From Massalongia carnosa (lineage: Eukaryota), in NCBI GenBank assembly GCA_965645245.1, contig OZ287068.1:3162001-3226000 (forward strand): a stretch of 64,000 bases of DNA. The letters run 5' to 3'. Under the pieces are notes generated by a model, which ran no database searches, was not told the DNA's origin, and saw nothing but the letters and a program-made list of their open reading frames with translations. The position numbers were made by a program, and so were the translations under genes. This document shows, piece after piece, positions 1 to 14,145 of this stretch. Positions within the stretch are counted from its first letter, which is position 1; the number at the start of each line of letters is the position of its first letter.

Positions 1-32
1 TGGAAACAAACAGCTTGCTAACAAAGGTTCAG

Positions 33-2254
33 ATATTGCTATCATGAGTGAGTGATCATAACAATACATAACGGACAATGACCGCTAAAGGATTCTATAT
101 AGAAAGCTCATGATAGCTGGAAACTGTATGGCAAGCAACTATACGTGCAGAGGAAGCACATGTGCTGATTGAGTAACACCAGGCCGAATGTGTTTAGTCG
201 AAGTTGAGAGATCACCCAAACCAGTAGCGTCATGCGCTTGGCCTGTGCAACCAGGAATGGTTGTCAAAACAGATTCGCCACTTGCTCACAAAGCTCGAGA
301 AGGAGTTATGGAGTTCTTACTGGCAAATCACCCACTAGATTGCCCAATATGTGATCAAGGAGGGGAATGCGATTTACAGGATCAGTCAATGCGATATGGC
401 GCAGATCGAGGTCGATTTCATGAACTAAGCGGCAAGCGGGCAGTAGAAGATAAGAATATGGGCCCTTTAATCAAAACTTCCATGAACAGGTGTATACATT
501 GTACAAGATGTATACGGTTCGCAAATGATGTGGCTGGCGCACCGGAACTTGGATCAACGGGACGAGGCAATGATATGCAAATTGGAACGTATCTAGAAAA
601 GAGTTTAGACTCGGAGATGTCAGGGAATGTGATTGATCTTTGCCCTGTCGGAGCTCTTACATCAAAACCATACGCATTTCGAGCTCGGCCATGGGAACTT
701 ACCCATTATGAATCCGTGGATGTACTGGATGGCTTAGGCTCGAACATCAGGATCGACGCAAGAGGTCTAGAAGTCATGAGGATTTTACCCAGACTAAATG
801 ATGACGTTAACGAAGAATGGATTAACGATAAAACTAGATTCGCTTGCGATGGGCTCAAAACTCAAAGACTGACAACACCTCTTATCCGACGCGACGAGAA
901 ATTTCTTCCAGCAACCTGGGAACAAGCGCTGACGGAAATTGGGAATGCATTTCAAAGGATTGCACCGAAAGAAAACGAATTCAAAGCAGTTGCGGGCCAT
1001 ATGGTTGAGACTGAATCGTTGGTTGCTATGAAAGATCTAGCCAATAAATTAGGATCCGACAACCTTGCTTTAGATCAGCCACAGGGTAGTCAGCCAGTTG
1101 CGCACGGTATTGACATCCGCTCAAACTATCTCTTTAACTCCAAGATCTATGGTGTTGAGGAGGCGGATGTCATACTCCTTGTATGCACAAATCCTCGACA
1201 CGAAGCGGCCGGCCTTAACGCAAGAATCCGAAAGCAATGGATTCGCTCGGATCTCGAAGTTGGCCTGATCGGCGAACCCTTCGAAAGCACTTTCGAATTT
1301 GAACATCTTGGTGATGACGTAGCTGCGCTGAAGAAACTCCTTACCGGTCCTTGGGGCAAAAAACTCCAGTCCGCTAAGCGCCCGATAATCATTGTAGGTA
1401 GCGCCGCTGTCGAGCACCCTGACGCTAAAGCCATCTTCGAAAGCGTTGGCTCCTTTGTCGACAAGAATGCCGCCAACTTTATCACTCCTACGTGGCAAGG
1501 CTACAATGTTCTTCAACGAGCCGCCTCTCGGGCCGGCGCCTACGAAGTCGGCTTCATCACCCCATCCCCGGCTGTCGCCCGGACCGTCCCCAAAATCATC
1601 TGGCTTCTCGGGGCCGATGAAATCTCGGCCACCGACATCCCCCAAGGCGCGTACGTCATCTATCAAGGCCACCATGGCGACCGCGGTGCACAGATTGCAG
1701 ACGTCATCCTCCCAGGAGCCGCGTACACGGAAAAACATGGCACCTACGTCAACACCGAGGGTCGTGTGCAACTGACACGCGCCGCGACATCCCTTGTTGG
1801 TGCCGCGCGCGACGACTGGAAGATTCTGCGTGCCGTCAGCGAGTACGTTGGCGCCCCCTTGCCGTATGACGATATTGAATCGCTGCGCGATCGCATGGAG
1901 GAGATCAGCCCTGCGCTGAGGCGGTATGATATCGTAGAGGGAACATCGTTGGCCGCCCTTGGGAAGGTGCAACTGGTGGATCAGAATCGGGGTAGCAAGA
2001 GCAGCGGGGAGCCCTTCAGGAAGGTTATTGAGGATTTTTATTTTACGGATGCCATTTCCAGAAGGTATGTTGTCATTTTCCTTGTGTTTCCCTTTTTGGA
2101 AGGAAATCGCTCAGCTAACCGTCTCATCTCCACGCTTCGCAAATGAAATAGTTCCCCCACTATGGCCCGCTGCTCAGCCGCCAAAGCGACCGGCAACCCC
2201 CAGACGAATTTCATGGCGCCTGGGGAACCCGCCCCTCAGGTCGCTTACGGGTGA
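33..2254 (+). CDS. nuo78: NADH:ubiquinone oxidoreductase 75/78-kDa Fe-S subunit (NDUFS1/NuoG orthologue), 5' end outside window
   Basis: Motifs HPLDCPICDQGGECDLQDQ, RCIHCTRC, DLCPVGAL; small exons near 33-47 and 103-125, main exon 183-2064, last exon ~2152-2254 (SPTMARCSAAK...QVAYG*). Confidence 0.97.
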
Positions 2255-3460
2255 ATTGGCGAAACTTGTGTGAGTTTACAAAAAGCATTACAGAACTTTT
2301 GTTCATTTGCGAGGAGCGGACAGACCATATATGGGTTTCTTTTTTAGAGAGATTGAGAGTTTGTTAAAGGAGGGTATAGGTAGCGTTTTTCTTGCCCAGC
2401 CTTTCAATATTCTTCTTTTTCTTTCTTCTTTTGCCAGACTAAAAGCTTGGCTGGGGCCGTCAAAGAGTTGTATATAGGAACGCACCGAAGAGAGTAAGTC
2501 GACAAACGCAGCTTCAAGCTTCTTCTCCATTTTCCTGCTTAGCGCATGGGAGGTTCTCTTTATCGGCATCAAGAAACTCAAGAAGCATAGGGGGAGAGCA
2601 GTTATCAACGCTAACAGGAATCTTCCGAGAACCCTTACGTGCAGGAATAAAGAAGCAGCTAGCTGAGGCAACTATGTGTCTCGTCTGGCTACCAATGAAT
2701 GCGAAGGTATCCTCCCGCCTCCGGTGATCGATACAACTCGATCCACTTATAACATGATCTTTCAAACTGCCACCTTTTCGAACTTGAGGAGTGAACGTCC
2801 GTCTTGGTTCTTTAACTCTCCATTTCTTGTGGTGCTTGCGCAGCTAGGAACAATGGCGCTACGTGCGCAATTACTTGGGTTCCTTTTCCTTTTTTCTTCT
2901 TTTTTCTGCAAATGGAAACGTGGGTTAGTAACGTTATCGGGCTCTCGATTGGGTGTTCCACCCATTTCGAGGAATACACTTTGCCATCGTTGGTCCAAAA
3001 TTGAGCTCAATGGCTAATGGAAAAAATTTAAAGAACAGGCTTGGGGTTTGATCTTTCATTCATTCAAATCTTTGATTTCATTTTTGTCAACTGTAGTGCA
3101 GATCTGTGCATTTATTCTAAACTACCGAGTCCAGACCTTCTCGTCGGGCAAAAGCAGGTCGCAATGCAGTTGCAAGCTCGGATTTCTTTTAACTAGCTTC
3201 CGTGGAGTAAGGAAGAGACGCGAACGGTCAGGGAGAGCTGCAATCATGCTTCAAGTTTCAGAAGCCATCGATGACGTTGTTTGTCGCAGGTCTATGTTTT
3301 GAACCTTGCAGTCGCTAGATGCCGTGAGTCTGTCGCAGGATAAGACCCGCTCATACAAAACGTCGTACTATCACTCCTCTTGGATGTCTAAAAATTCTCT
3401 GACCTTCTCATCCATCGACATGTTTCGATAATTTCCCTTGCCTCCAGGAACTTTCTTGCA

Positions 3461-4294
3461 ATGCATTTTTCGTTGCCTACCTACTGCATTGCAACCTTTT
3501 TCGCAACTAGGCTCCATGCATTGCCCTATGATACTGTGGACCCGGCTGCATATTCACTGAATGAGTTTGCTGACCCGAGAGCCTCAACCTTAGAAGAGAC
3601 AACCTTGGATTCATCCACCGAGCAAACGAGTTATAATCCTGTCCCGATAGCCTCGAACTTAGACGTCCACATGAGCCCAGCCCAAGGTGCCTCGGAAGGA
3701 TCCATATCGACCCCAAACCAGCCGGTCAACCAGGCAGATCCGAACAAGATAAATTGCAAGAACAAACAGAAAACGCCCGGGGTTTGCCCGGCGCCAAATG
3801 CGGGCACAGACCAAGTTGAAGGAGGAAAAGATGGCGAACCGACGACGCCTGCTCCATCCGTGGCTCCATCGCATCTCGAAATCCCCGATTCGTTTCGATT
3901 TCCCTTTCCGCAAAGAGACTGCATCAACGACGATTTCCCAGTGCATCTCTGCTGCAGAGGGCCTCGTGGCAGAATTCTCACGCTACCAATAGGATCCTAT
4001 TTTACCTTCGTCCACTTTTGCGAGCCTTGTACGTTGTGTTGTGTCCATGCATCCTCCTCCTCCTTCATACCCCTGCGCTAATGCTAAGCATGTCGCCGCG
4101 CAGCAAAAGGTTACTGTCACTATGCCTACGATGTTTGTTGCGGGTGGTATAACGGGGTAGGTGGACACATACCCAGGGGCAACGCTGCCGGTTAGGAAAC
4201 CTACCTATCTACCTATTTACTAATCACGTCATGATAGGACTTGGATCCCGTGAAGTCGGGATTTGTATGCGTGTTCGCGCTTACCGCCAGTTGA
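3461..4294 (+). CDS. Small secreted cysteine-rich (effector-like) protein, 3 exons
   Basis: Signal-peptide-like N-terminus MHFSLPTYCIATFFATRLHALP; introns ~4029-4103 and ~4157-4237 keep the frame: ...HLCCRG...FVHFCEP|SKGYCHYAYDVCCGWYNG|DLDPVKSGFVCVFALTAS*. Confidence 0.75.
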
Positions 4295-5301
4295 CACGAA
4301 GCCGTCCCAAAACACTTCCTTTCCCGTCCGTGAATTCACCACGGTAAATTAGCTTAATTCTCGTCCTGCTTCTTCTTGTACTCCTTCCCTCTAGCTCAAG
4401 TTTGCCGGGTCAAAAATCTTCCAGGAAAGGCCCCCTCCTAAAATAAAAAGTCTTGCTTTCAGCCCACAAACATGTCGGTAGGCGTGAACAATATTGATCT
4501 CTACCTCCCTTCCTTCCTCTCTCTCTCTCTCCCCATACTTACGCGTCCCTTAACTTCTACCTACCTGCCTATATGCCTCTCTTTCTTTCTTCCTTGGGTA
4601 CAGTTCGGCGTGAAGAGCGGGGGTTGGGAGATGGAGCCCCATTTTTGCCAACGGGAGGGATGAAGGGGAAGGAAATCTAGGTATGTTGGAGTGAGGGAAA
4701 AAAAAGGAAAGGAAAAAGAGGAACGGAAATGGGTGGAGGAAGGTGGGATAACAAGAAAAGGCGGGGGAGGGGGGGCGGAGATAGAGACGAAAGCGATAGA
4801 ACGAGGTAAATCGAGGGAAAGGAGGACGGGATACGAAGATATCGAAAACACGCTCTCTTTAAAGGAAGGGATTGTATACTTATCCCTTCCTCCTCGCTCT
4901 CTCTTATTCTAAATATATTATTGGGTTTCTGTCCGATGCATAAACTCTTTCCACAACAAAAAGCTAGCTAGATCTTCCCTCCCTCCCTTCCCCAAGTAAA
5001 AAACTAGGTAATCACATTCCAGCCTCTGTTCTATCTAGGCTTTGCCTGCCCTGCCTACCTACCTAACCCCAGTACTCCGTAATCTAGCTAGCCAGTTAGC
5101 CAGCTATTTAATTTCCCTGGCCCCAACCCAAAGATATAGACAGACAGATAGAATAGAATAGAATAGACACCAGCGCCTAAGTTTGAGGAACACGTATACC
5201 GAATCAAACGACAAGAATAAAATTTGGCCCGAGGGCCGGGTATTGCTAAGATGTCACCGGTTTAGTACGTAAATTCCACCATGGGTATAAATGATCCTTT
5301 C

Positions 5302-7035
5302 CTATATACCCACTCCCCCAATCTCTTTCAGCCTCCACGTTTCCTCCTGCCGCGTGCCTGGCGGGAGCCACGGATGTGTATTCTCCCGAGGGCCCGAGTT
5401 GGTCCTCCCTGCGATCAACCCATCGTTACGTTTGTCCTCGCCGCTCACAAAGTCTTTCCCAGCGCCAAATATATACCCCGACGATCCGCTGGCTGGTGTT
5501 TCCATCATTGTATTGCCACCCAATATAGCGGGTGTATGGTTCGACAGTGGGAGTAGCGGGGTATCGATGCGAAGTCCATCAAGCTTGGCTCGCCGATCTG
5601 CTTTGTTGTCGCTTGTGCGGTCGTAGAGGTAGAGACCTAGGAATGTGAGGGCAATGCCAAAAGCCTGGAGCGGTGTCGTATGGCTTCCGAACCAGATGAT
5701 AGCAACGACGATGACAAAGACGCGTTTGATGAGAGAGGCAACGGAGTAGCTAACGGGGGAGACGAGCGAGAGGAGAATGAAGGCGAGGATATTTTGGGCA
5801 AAATGGAAAATGCCATTGAAAAGAAACTCGAGGGGGAGGTAGATGGAATTTTGTTTTGTCGGGGTTCTAGAAAGCAGATTATTATTGGGTTGGAGAAACG
5901 AAGAGAATAGAGGAAGCCCATCGGTCCAGAGCCAGATCGGAGCCGTAAGGAGGAAGGCCAAACCCGAGCAATAGCAAAGGAGGTTAAGTTTGTCAAGTTT
6001 GCGGGATTGGGCAGAAGCAGCGGGACCGTCGGCCTCGACACGAGCGGCTTCATTAAAGAGCTTTTTGGAGAACATGTTTTGTGTGACGAATATAATGGCG
6101 CCCCCAAAAGCGCAAAGAATCCCTAAGAGATTGCCGGAAAACTCAACGCTACAGGCAAGGACGACGCCCAGGGTGAGTGGGATCAGGGAAAGATAGGTCG
6201 CTTTGGCGTAATGGATATGAAAAATAAAGCGATAGGCAAGAACGGTAAAAAGGGGTGAGAGGCCTTTGATAGTGTGGACGAGTGAAACGGGAATCTTCTG
6301 TATAGCTATTGAGGAGAGAATGTGACCGCCGATCTGGAAGAATGCAAGAGGAAGGGTCGTGGATATCACGTCACGACTTGGATATCGGATGCCATGTTTC
6401 AGCGCGGGTATCGTCGTTCGTAGGGATGGGAAGAGATAGGCCAAATATGCGAAGAAGACGCACCAGATAGAGACAAAGGCGAATTGTATTAGAGTTAACG
6501 TGATTGGGTTTGGGAGGGCGGTGAGGATGGATTTGGAGGAGGTATTAGTTAGGGCGGAGCTCATGTACCAGATGATACATAAAATCTGCAGGAAATATAA
6601 GCAAGGGCATGTATAGCCAGAGTATACACAACATACAACAAGTTTGACAGAAACAGGAGCTTTTAATGCTTCGGCCAGTTCCTGCGCATTAGCACTAACA
6701 CTGCCTTTTCTTGTCCGGATGTTTCTGATCGCATCGCTAAGGCTCTTCTGCCGATTATGCCTCGCCCCTGATCCTACTGCATGGCCATTGGTATTTCCCC
6801 AGGCCAAATGGCTTCCCCGTCTTTGCTGCCATCTCCCATTTTGTAATATCCCATTTGATTTGAATAGCGGGTTTGGGCTGGGTGTCCTGGCGGAGGTTTT
6901 GGCGGAACCAGCCTCCTCCTTATGTAATAGGATAGAGTCTCGCGAATGCACAGATGGCTCAAAATCAGGAAATTTGAATGTTTCTGTGTGGCTAGACGAG
7001 GTAGACCATCGGCGCTCAGAGCTTGTCGGGGTCAT
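5302..7035 (-). CDS. SLY41: Triose-phosphate/nucleotide-sugar transporter family protein (Sly41/SLC35E1-like)
   Basis: Multi-TM protein with IPVSLVHTIKGLSPLFTV, KLDKLNLLCYCS, SPVSYSVASLIKRVFVI; in-frame 51-nt intron 6586-6636 is read through by the ORF track. Confidence 0.88.
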   Translation of the reverse strand: MTPTSSERRWSTSSSHTETFKFPDFEPSVHSRDSILLHKEEAGSAKTSARTPSPNPLFKSNGILQNGRWQQRRGSHLAWGNTNGHAVGSGARHNRQKSLSDAIRNIRTRKGSVSANAQELAEALKAPVSVKLVVCCVYSGYTCPCLYFLQILCIIWYMSSALTNTSSKSILTALPNPITLTLIQFAFVSIWCVFFAYLAYLFPSLRTTIPALKHGIRYPSRDVISTTLPLAFFQIGGHILSSIAIQKIPVSLVHTIKGLSPLFTVLAYRFIFHIHYAKATYLSLIPLTLGVVLACSVEFSGNLLGILCAFGGAIIFVTQNMFSKKLFNEAARVEADGPAASAQSRKLDKLNLLCYCSGLAFLLTAPIWLWTDGLPLFSSFLQPNNNLLSRTPTKQNSIYLPLEFLFNGIFHFAQNILAFILLSLVSPVSYSVASLIKRVFVIVVAIIWFGSHTTPLQAFGIALTFLGLYLYDRTSDNKADRRAKLDGLRIDTPLLPLSNHTPAILGGNTMMETPASGSSGYIFGAGKDFVSGEDKRNDGLIAGRTNSGPRENTHPWLPPGTRQEETWRLKEIGGVGI

Positions 7036-7632
7036 GGTAGCCGTGGAACAGGTAGGTTCAAGAGAAAGATTGGGCTGGTATGGACCCCGTAAACTAAACC
7101 TGGCTTTCTCTGGTCGCTATGTATGAGGCTGACAGAATCGGCAAACGTGGAGCCTGCGAGGGCATTTTGAAGGGTGCACAAAGCTCTTACTAGATATCTA
7201 AGTTGTAAAACGAAACAACAAAATGCATGCTCGGTTCCAACAGTAGGAGGATGAATGCTGATGTTCAAGAGAGCGTAAGAGTCAATTGGCTTGTGTAAGT
7301 CCAATCAAAAAGGCACAGTGTCGATCACTATCCCATATATAAGGCCATTATGGTAGGTCTCAATGACATGAGGAAGCATCTGCCGAAGGATTAAAGGTTA
7401 GGTCTTATTGCTTCCTGATTCGGTGATAGTTGATACATGGTGGATGGCTTCATTCCTGTAAGCTTACGTAACTAACCTTGGCTGCATAAAATTGTGTAGT
7501 AATGCCTGTAATCCTCTTTAATAGCAGCGACTTGATTACATACCGACTCGGACCTCTCTTTACAAACCTCTTACCCACAGAGTGATGCTAACCATCTCAA
7601 ATCTTCGGATTCGAACTGAATATAGACTCCAG

Positions 7633-10600
7633 ATGCTTCCCGAATTCACGTACTCATCCGTCATGATTTCTGCGAATGCTATCACGAGATTTCTCTGGTT
7701 AATTTGTGTCATCCAAGCACAGTGTATGGGGACGATGACTCCACTTCAAGAACATAGTGACAAGCTATTCTTCTCGAAGTCTTGGCACGTTTTAGGGCCA
7801 TTTCAGATTGGCACACGGGGTGAGGGGGATCTAGGCCTCTCCAGGAAAAACTAAGGCTACATAAAACTGACCCGTCTGCATGCAGAGGCTACATGGGGAG
7901 CGGATCCTCTAGAATACTTAGGGGGTTTCCATTCTTTTTCCTATGATCCTACAAAAAGGTATCATAGCTCTCTTGCTGCTGATGGTTTAGTTTCCTGGTC
8001 GTCCCAGCACGCCAACCTTTCAACAAGCAGCCCAAACTCGGCGGTCGCAGAATTGACAGTTGGCTTTCCTGCGATTGATTGGGCATTTCTACAATCAGTC
8101 TATGGCTGGGCTGCCATACAGTATCAAGCATGGTGTCGGGGAAGTCTGATGATTGAAGCAGACTCGCTGCAATCGATTGTGCTTTATACAGACAGCCTCC
8201 TAGAGTTATGGATTGATGACCAGCACTATTTTGGTGGTGATATTTATGCTTACCGCAAGGCACCATTGGTTATTCGCCTGGATCCTGGTTCGCATAGAGT
8301 GGATGCTCGATTGATCCGTGATGTCCGTATCATGGGTGGCCTGGGGAACCCAACTATTAGAATCAAGCTCGAGGCTCGGAAATCCCTAGGTGGTTTAGTA
8401 GTTCCTGGATCGCTTTTATTACCCGATGTCGTTGATGGAAAGCTTGCAAGCAATCTAGCATCTGTTCCCGTACGTAATGAAGAACAGCAATGGATCGACA
8501 TATGGGATCTCAAGCCTCTAACGGTAGGTACTCCAAACAAACCAAATATTGGCTTTCGCTAATTTATCTTGGAGGAAGCTTTCATCCTTAGCATGGTTGA
8601 GAAGCCTCCATTCCGGTTGGCCCCCGGCCAGTCAAGGTCGTTAGCGTTCAATCTCTTCATGTCCAGTTCCGCGATACATAACTTGTCGATGAATATCTCA
8701 TTCACGGTGGAAGGGTCCTCCTCACTGCTTTCTCTTACCGTAGTATCGCCATCCTCCCCCCCCCGAACTATTGAGGAGCCGCACAAAATCACATTCTTTC
8801 TTCCTAGCAGCACTGTCTCATATGCTATTCTCCGAGCTCCTTCGAGAAAAGTATGCAATGAATTATCTTTCACTCAATCATTACCCGTGCTTCTTAATTT
8901 TCATGGGGCAGGACTTGAAGCAGATAGCGATCAAGTACGTCATATGCTTGATTCAGTGCCTGATCTTCGCGCATGGGTGCTGTTTCCGACTGGAGTTACT
9001 CCTTGGAGTGGTGACGATTGGCGTATGCTTCCGAGGGTATATACTACTGCTGATATGCTAAGCTTTAATTAGATACCTGGGGATTCAGTGATGTTGAGAA
9101 AGGAATGTTGAGCATTGTTAGTTGGATCAAGAGGGTTGGATGGAGAGGACCGTCTGTTGATATATCTAAGTGGCTAGTAAGCGGACATTCAAATGGAGGT
9201 AAGTATATAACATACCCCTTTTAATGAATATATTCAACCATCGCAGGGCAGGGAACATGGTACGCTCTCACTCACTACCCAGACAGTATCATTGGAGGTG
9301 CACCGGTATCAGGCTATTTATCTATACAACGTCAGCATGCTCCTTAATCCTTATGATTTGTATGGGCCTTAATTAGATTTATTCTCAAGTATACGTTCCA
9401 TACTTATTCTGGCGGGCATTGGATCCAAGGATCTCTGCTATCTTTCAAAGCTCCATGGTAGACTATCGCCATGAGCTTTTGGGCGAGAATTTTGTTGGTG
9501 TTCCAGTGTTGCAACAGCATGGCAGTGCGGATGATAATGTCCCTGCATACCACTCTCGGAGGATGTATCAGCTCATCTCGGAGACTCGCTCGTCCTCCAA
9601 TTTTACAGAACTACAAGGTAGGGGCCATTGGTTCGAAGACGTTATGAGCACAGAACCACTTCGGGAATTCTATGAACAAACACTCCGTGATGGCAAAATG
9701 AATAATAGCGTGCCACACAACTTCAGTATTGTAGTGGCAAACCCAGCGAGCATGGGTTCTCGAGGCGGCATAGTCATAGATCAGTTGATCTCTCCAAATC
9801 AACTCGGAAAGATGCGGATAGTACGAGACCATGCCAAGACGGCTTGGACCATAAAGACTTCCAACGTTCTACGTTTCCGCTTCTCGTCTCGCAAGTTCAA
9901 GGGCATAGCACCTCATTTGGTAATCATTGACGGCTATTCCCTTAGTTTACCCCCAGATTCTCAAGCTTTCCAGTGGTGGTTCCTTCGGTCTACCAATAAC
10001 TCCTGGCATGTATGAAAACCCCCCTAACTCATTATTTTCACCTGACGCAGTTAGATATCCCAAGATACTTACTGGCAGTCTCTTGAGCAGCGGTTTGGGC
10101 GCCAGCTTGGACCTTTGGACTCAATACTTCGTACCCATGGCAAATTTTTGGTACATTTAACGCACGGGGAAAGCCTAACTTTGGGTATGCAGGTCGCACG
10201 AAACCTATATCAGTACTTCGGGGCTGATGCAGAAATCATTGAATCAAAGGATTCAATTGAAACCCAAGCCGGAAACATTATCAGCTTGGAAATAGGCCCC
10301 ATAATCTCCTCTTCACTTCTCCCTTCATATCCAATCAGCTTTGAACATGGTAAAGGGATATATGTCCACATTGCTGATGGTGATGGAAAACTATATGAGT
10401 TCGAAGCCGGTCTAGGAGCCATTTTTCTTAGACCGCTGCCTGATGAAAGACTGGAGTTGAAAGTTTGGGGATTTGATGTGGAGGGGCTTCGCCAGGCAGC
10501 ACGCCTCGTGCCAATGTTGACAGGTGTGGGCCAGCCAGAGTTTGTTGTGGTTGGTAGGAGATGTGGATGGGAAGGAGCAGCAGGTGTTGTGGCCATGGGG

Positions 10601-10648
10601 TCGTTTGATAGCTTCTGGAAAATTTCAGAAGCCTCCTTTGCCTTATAA
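7633..10648 (+). CDS. Conserved fungal alpha/beta-hydrolase (peptidase S9-like domain), multi-exon
   Basis: Consecutive same-strand exons joined by GT-AG introns; LNFHGAG, nucleophile elbow G-H-S-N-G-G (~9183-9200), QHGSADDNVP and GRGHWF (putative Asp/His). Confidence 0.8.
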
Positions 10649-11347
10649 GTTGGATGAAGAGATTGGAAATCCTGGAGGAAAAGATTGCCAGCTTGCCAGG
10701 GCCACCTCAGTCTTATCTAATTTTCAATTGCGTTCGTTTGTATGATGGCCGCTATCATTAGCCCTGGATGTTACACGATTAGGGCTTTCGTTAGGGTATT
10801 GTTGTTGTTGTTGTTGATTGCATATTAAATATCACCGCCAAACATTAGCACCCGTCAACAAACACCTGCTCTACCTAGGTGTTCAGCTTTCCTACCTTCT
10901 TGCAATAACCATTCATCTTCAGAAGTTTACTATTTAAGACTTGGAGCTGCTGAAGCATGATCAACCAGGGGTTTTCTTTTCCTTGAATGCCATTTACTTG
11001 GAAAGCTCCTTCTCCACATTGGCCCAGATAATCTTCAATACGTTCTTTCCAAAAGCATTGCAACCTCGCTATCTAGTTGCTTTCTCAGCCATTTACCACT
11101 TGCCCTCCTTGTCCGGTCACTTCCACTGCTTCATCTCTTCACCATCACAACCATCTAATCCACGACAAATCCTTTGCTCTGGATTTTTGGAGATCAACTG
11201 ACCCTCGCGTCTTTCAGGGTGTTATCCGTCACATACTTGAGGCGTGAACAACACTGACAATACCGCGTACAACTCTAACATACAATTAAAGATAACAGAA
11301 TCATATCAATCACAATTGATAAAGCAAAGGATCCTTGCAACAACACC

Positions 11348-14145
11348 ATGTCAGTACTCTCTAACACCGGCTCTTCCGCTACACATGGACGATCATCCAG
11401 TCAATTTCAAATTCATGACGACGGAGACGTAAAGCTGGATATTTCACCTTCCACACGCGAACTAACATCTGTAGGTCTTTCATTTTAGCAATCCAAAGCC
11501 CGACTAATTGTGCTCATCAGAGCGCTAAGCATAATATCAACACAAGTGACGATCCAATGCCGCTGACCAGCTCTAAACTTGGAAATCTGCAGGCTCGGAC
11601 TGGTGAGCGTCCTGTCTCCGGCTACAAGGTCTGTCATGCCACAAGATGTATAAAGACATGAACTCTACTCACAATCATAGAAGATAAAGCTCGATTACTC
11701 TACTCCTGCCACACAAAACGACTTGGCTCCTGCATCAATGGACACCCTGCTTGCTAAGCTGTCTGAGCAGCAAGCTTTGCTAGAGAAGCAAAAGAATGCT
11801 CTGACACCTACGACCGACGAAGAAGGTCAACAGCAAACCGGCGATTCGTCCTCAAGTTCGGTTCTTCTCACTCCAGCAACCGATAGCTTCAGTGTTACCG
11901 GGAGCGGCGAAGGAAAGGGTGATGATGATACAATCCAGCTAGATGTGACAGAGATGAGTCGTCTCAAAAAGGAGCTTGATGCTGCCAAGAATCAAATTGC
12001 TCGTCAAAAGCAGGAGCTCGACCAGACTCGTGGGAACATCCAGACTCATGATCCACCTGTAGGATTTTCAGCTCAGCGTAATCTTGATATCAAGATTGAG
12101 GGTGGTAATCGAACATCCGCTATTGGACTAGGTAGCTTTAACCCTGTGCGTTCTATTGGAACTCGCCACAATCACTGGCCCCTCAATGAAGACGCTCGTT
12201 CTGATAGCTCCGATGCAATATCTGCAGGAGTGTTCAATACACCGCAGACCATTTGGTCCGCTCCCACAAGACCAGCCTTTGGTGCCACCGCAACTGTTCC
12301 TAATAACCAACACTTCCAGCAGCCAATGTCAACTTGGGGCCAGCCAGGTGCACGTCCATGGGCTCATAGAGCAGCTGGCGCAGCACTGCCATCGCTGATA
12401 GTTCCTCCACAACAGCATTTGCAGCAGCGTATCTATTCGGGACCAGCGTCACCAATTTCAAGCACTGATGGTCGTCTAGCTAACGACTATAACCAGTTTC
12501 CCAGCGGAGGAGGTCTCCGTCGTTCAAGCACCCAGAGTGGTCGTAGCAACTCAGTCTACCCACATCAACGAAATAGCGGTTGGGACATGTTTCCAGGTGG
12601 GGTCTCACCTATGGAGGGGGTAAACCTCGGCATAAATACCACCTCTGCATTTCAGTCCATGGGTTTTTACCCTGCAGCGGCACAGTATCAACCACGACCT
12701 ATCGGAACACCTCTTTCTCCTACTGCTGAAGAGTTCCGCACCGCTCAGGCATCAGGAACGCCGTGGAACGCAGCTGTAAGTAGTCTATGTTTATTATTGA
12801 AATGAAGCTGACAGATTTTGAGCCTCCAACCTCCCCGGGACAGACTTATGTTTCACCAATGGAGCCTTTGAATTATCGACGTTTACTGGACCGAAGTGTA
12901 ACTTGTAACTGGAAGTACATCGTTGATAAAATCGTGTGCAATAATGACCAGCAAGCTTCAATTTTCCTGCAACAAAAGCTCAAGGTGGGTACAGTGGAGC
13001 AGAAGTATGAGATAATCGAGGCCATTGTAGCTCAAGCTTATCCGCTCATGGTGAATCGCTTCGGAAACTTCCTCGTGCAGCGGTGTTTCGAGCATGGAAC
13101 ACCCGAGCAGGTAATTGCTATAGCAAACGCCATTCGAGGAAATACTTTGAGCCTTAGTATGGATGCTTTTGGCTGCCATGTTGTTCAGAAGGCTTTTGAT
13201 GCCGTTCCGGAAGATTACAAGGCAATCATGGTCCACGAACTTCTCCGTCGAATCCCTGAGACGGTCATCCACCGTTATGCCTGTCATGTATGGCAGAAGC
13301 TGTTTGAACTACGTTGGAGCGACTCTCCGCCTCAGATTATGAAGTATGTTAACGAGGCTCTATCTGGTATGTGGCATGATGTCGCGTTGGGGGAGACTGG
13401 GAGTCTGGTCGTCCAAAATATTTTTGAGAACTGTCTCGAGGAAGACAAGGTAAAGTTTTGCTTGCCCGAAACTGCTGTCTTATCGCTGATCTAAACATCT
13501 TCGGTAGCGCCCTTGCATCAATGAAGTCCTTGCAAGCATCGACATCGTTGCCCATGGTCAGTTTGGAAACTGGTGTATTCAGCACATCTGCGAGCATGGC
13601 CTGCCTTCCGATCGAAGCCGTGCGATTGACCACGTTCTCCGATATGCTACAGAGTATAGTATGGATCAATTTGCGTCCAAGGTTGTTGAGAAGTGCCTTA
13701 AGATTGGAGGTGCCGACTTTCTGGAGCGATATCTCGAGCGTGTGTGCGAAGGACGCGCAGACCGCCCCCGTATACCTTTAATCGATAGTAGGTTACTCTT
13801 GTTAGCGCACTTTTTGGGATGCTTACTTTCATCCCAGTTGCAAGCGACCAATATGGGAACTATTTGATTCAATACATCCTCACACATGCAAACCCAACTC
13901 ATCGAGATGTCGTTGCCTCGCATATTCGGTAAGCAAACTTGTCTTTCAAGCACTTGGACACCTAATTAACGGTCTACAGCAAACATATGGTCTCTCTTCG
14001 TGGCTCCAAATTTGGATCTCGCGTCGGTATGCTGTGCTGTAACCCAGCATATGCAACCCATCCTGGCCCTGGCGTTGGTCTCCCGAACAATCGTTTCTCA
14101 AGCGCTCATAGTACCACCTCCCGTTTTGGTGGCGCTTATCGCTAG
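11348..14145 (+). CDS. Pumilio/PUF-family RNA-binding protein (Mpf1-like)
   Basis: PUF repeats NRFGNFLVQRCFE, DAFGCHVVQKAFD, HRYACHVWQKLFE, GQFGNWCIQHICE, DQFASKVVEKCL, DQYGNYLIQY after a low-complexity N-terminus; stop TAG 14143-14145. Confidence 0.92.

Noticed and set aside
1121..1972. 283-aa antisense ORF, and similar antisense ORFs over RAD57, the Crypton and the LINE
   Set aside because: Shadow frames of GC-rich coding sequence on the opposite strand.
2303..3017. Short ORFs downstream of nuo78, possible gene relic
   Set aside because: No recognisable motif or coherent exon chain.
11429..11520. Apparent back-to-back 46+46 nt introns (recursive splicing or stwintron) in the PUF gene
   Set aside because: The frame is open through 11470 and a single intron 11471-11520 with a strong GTAGGT donor explains the structure.
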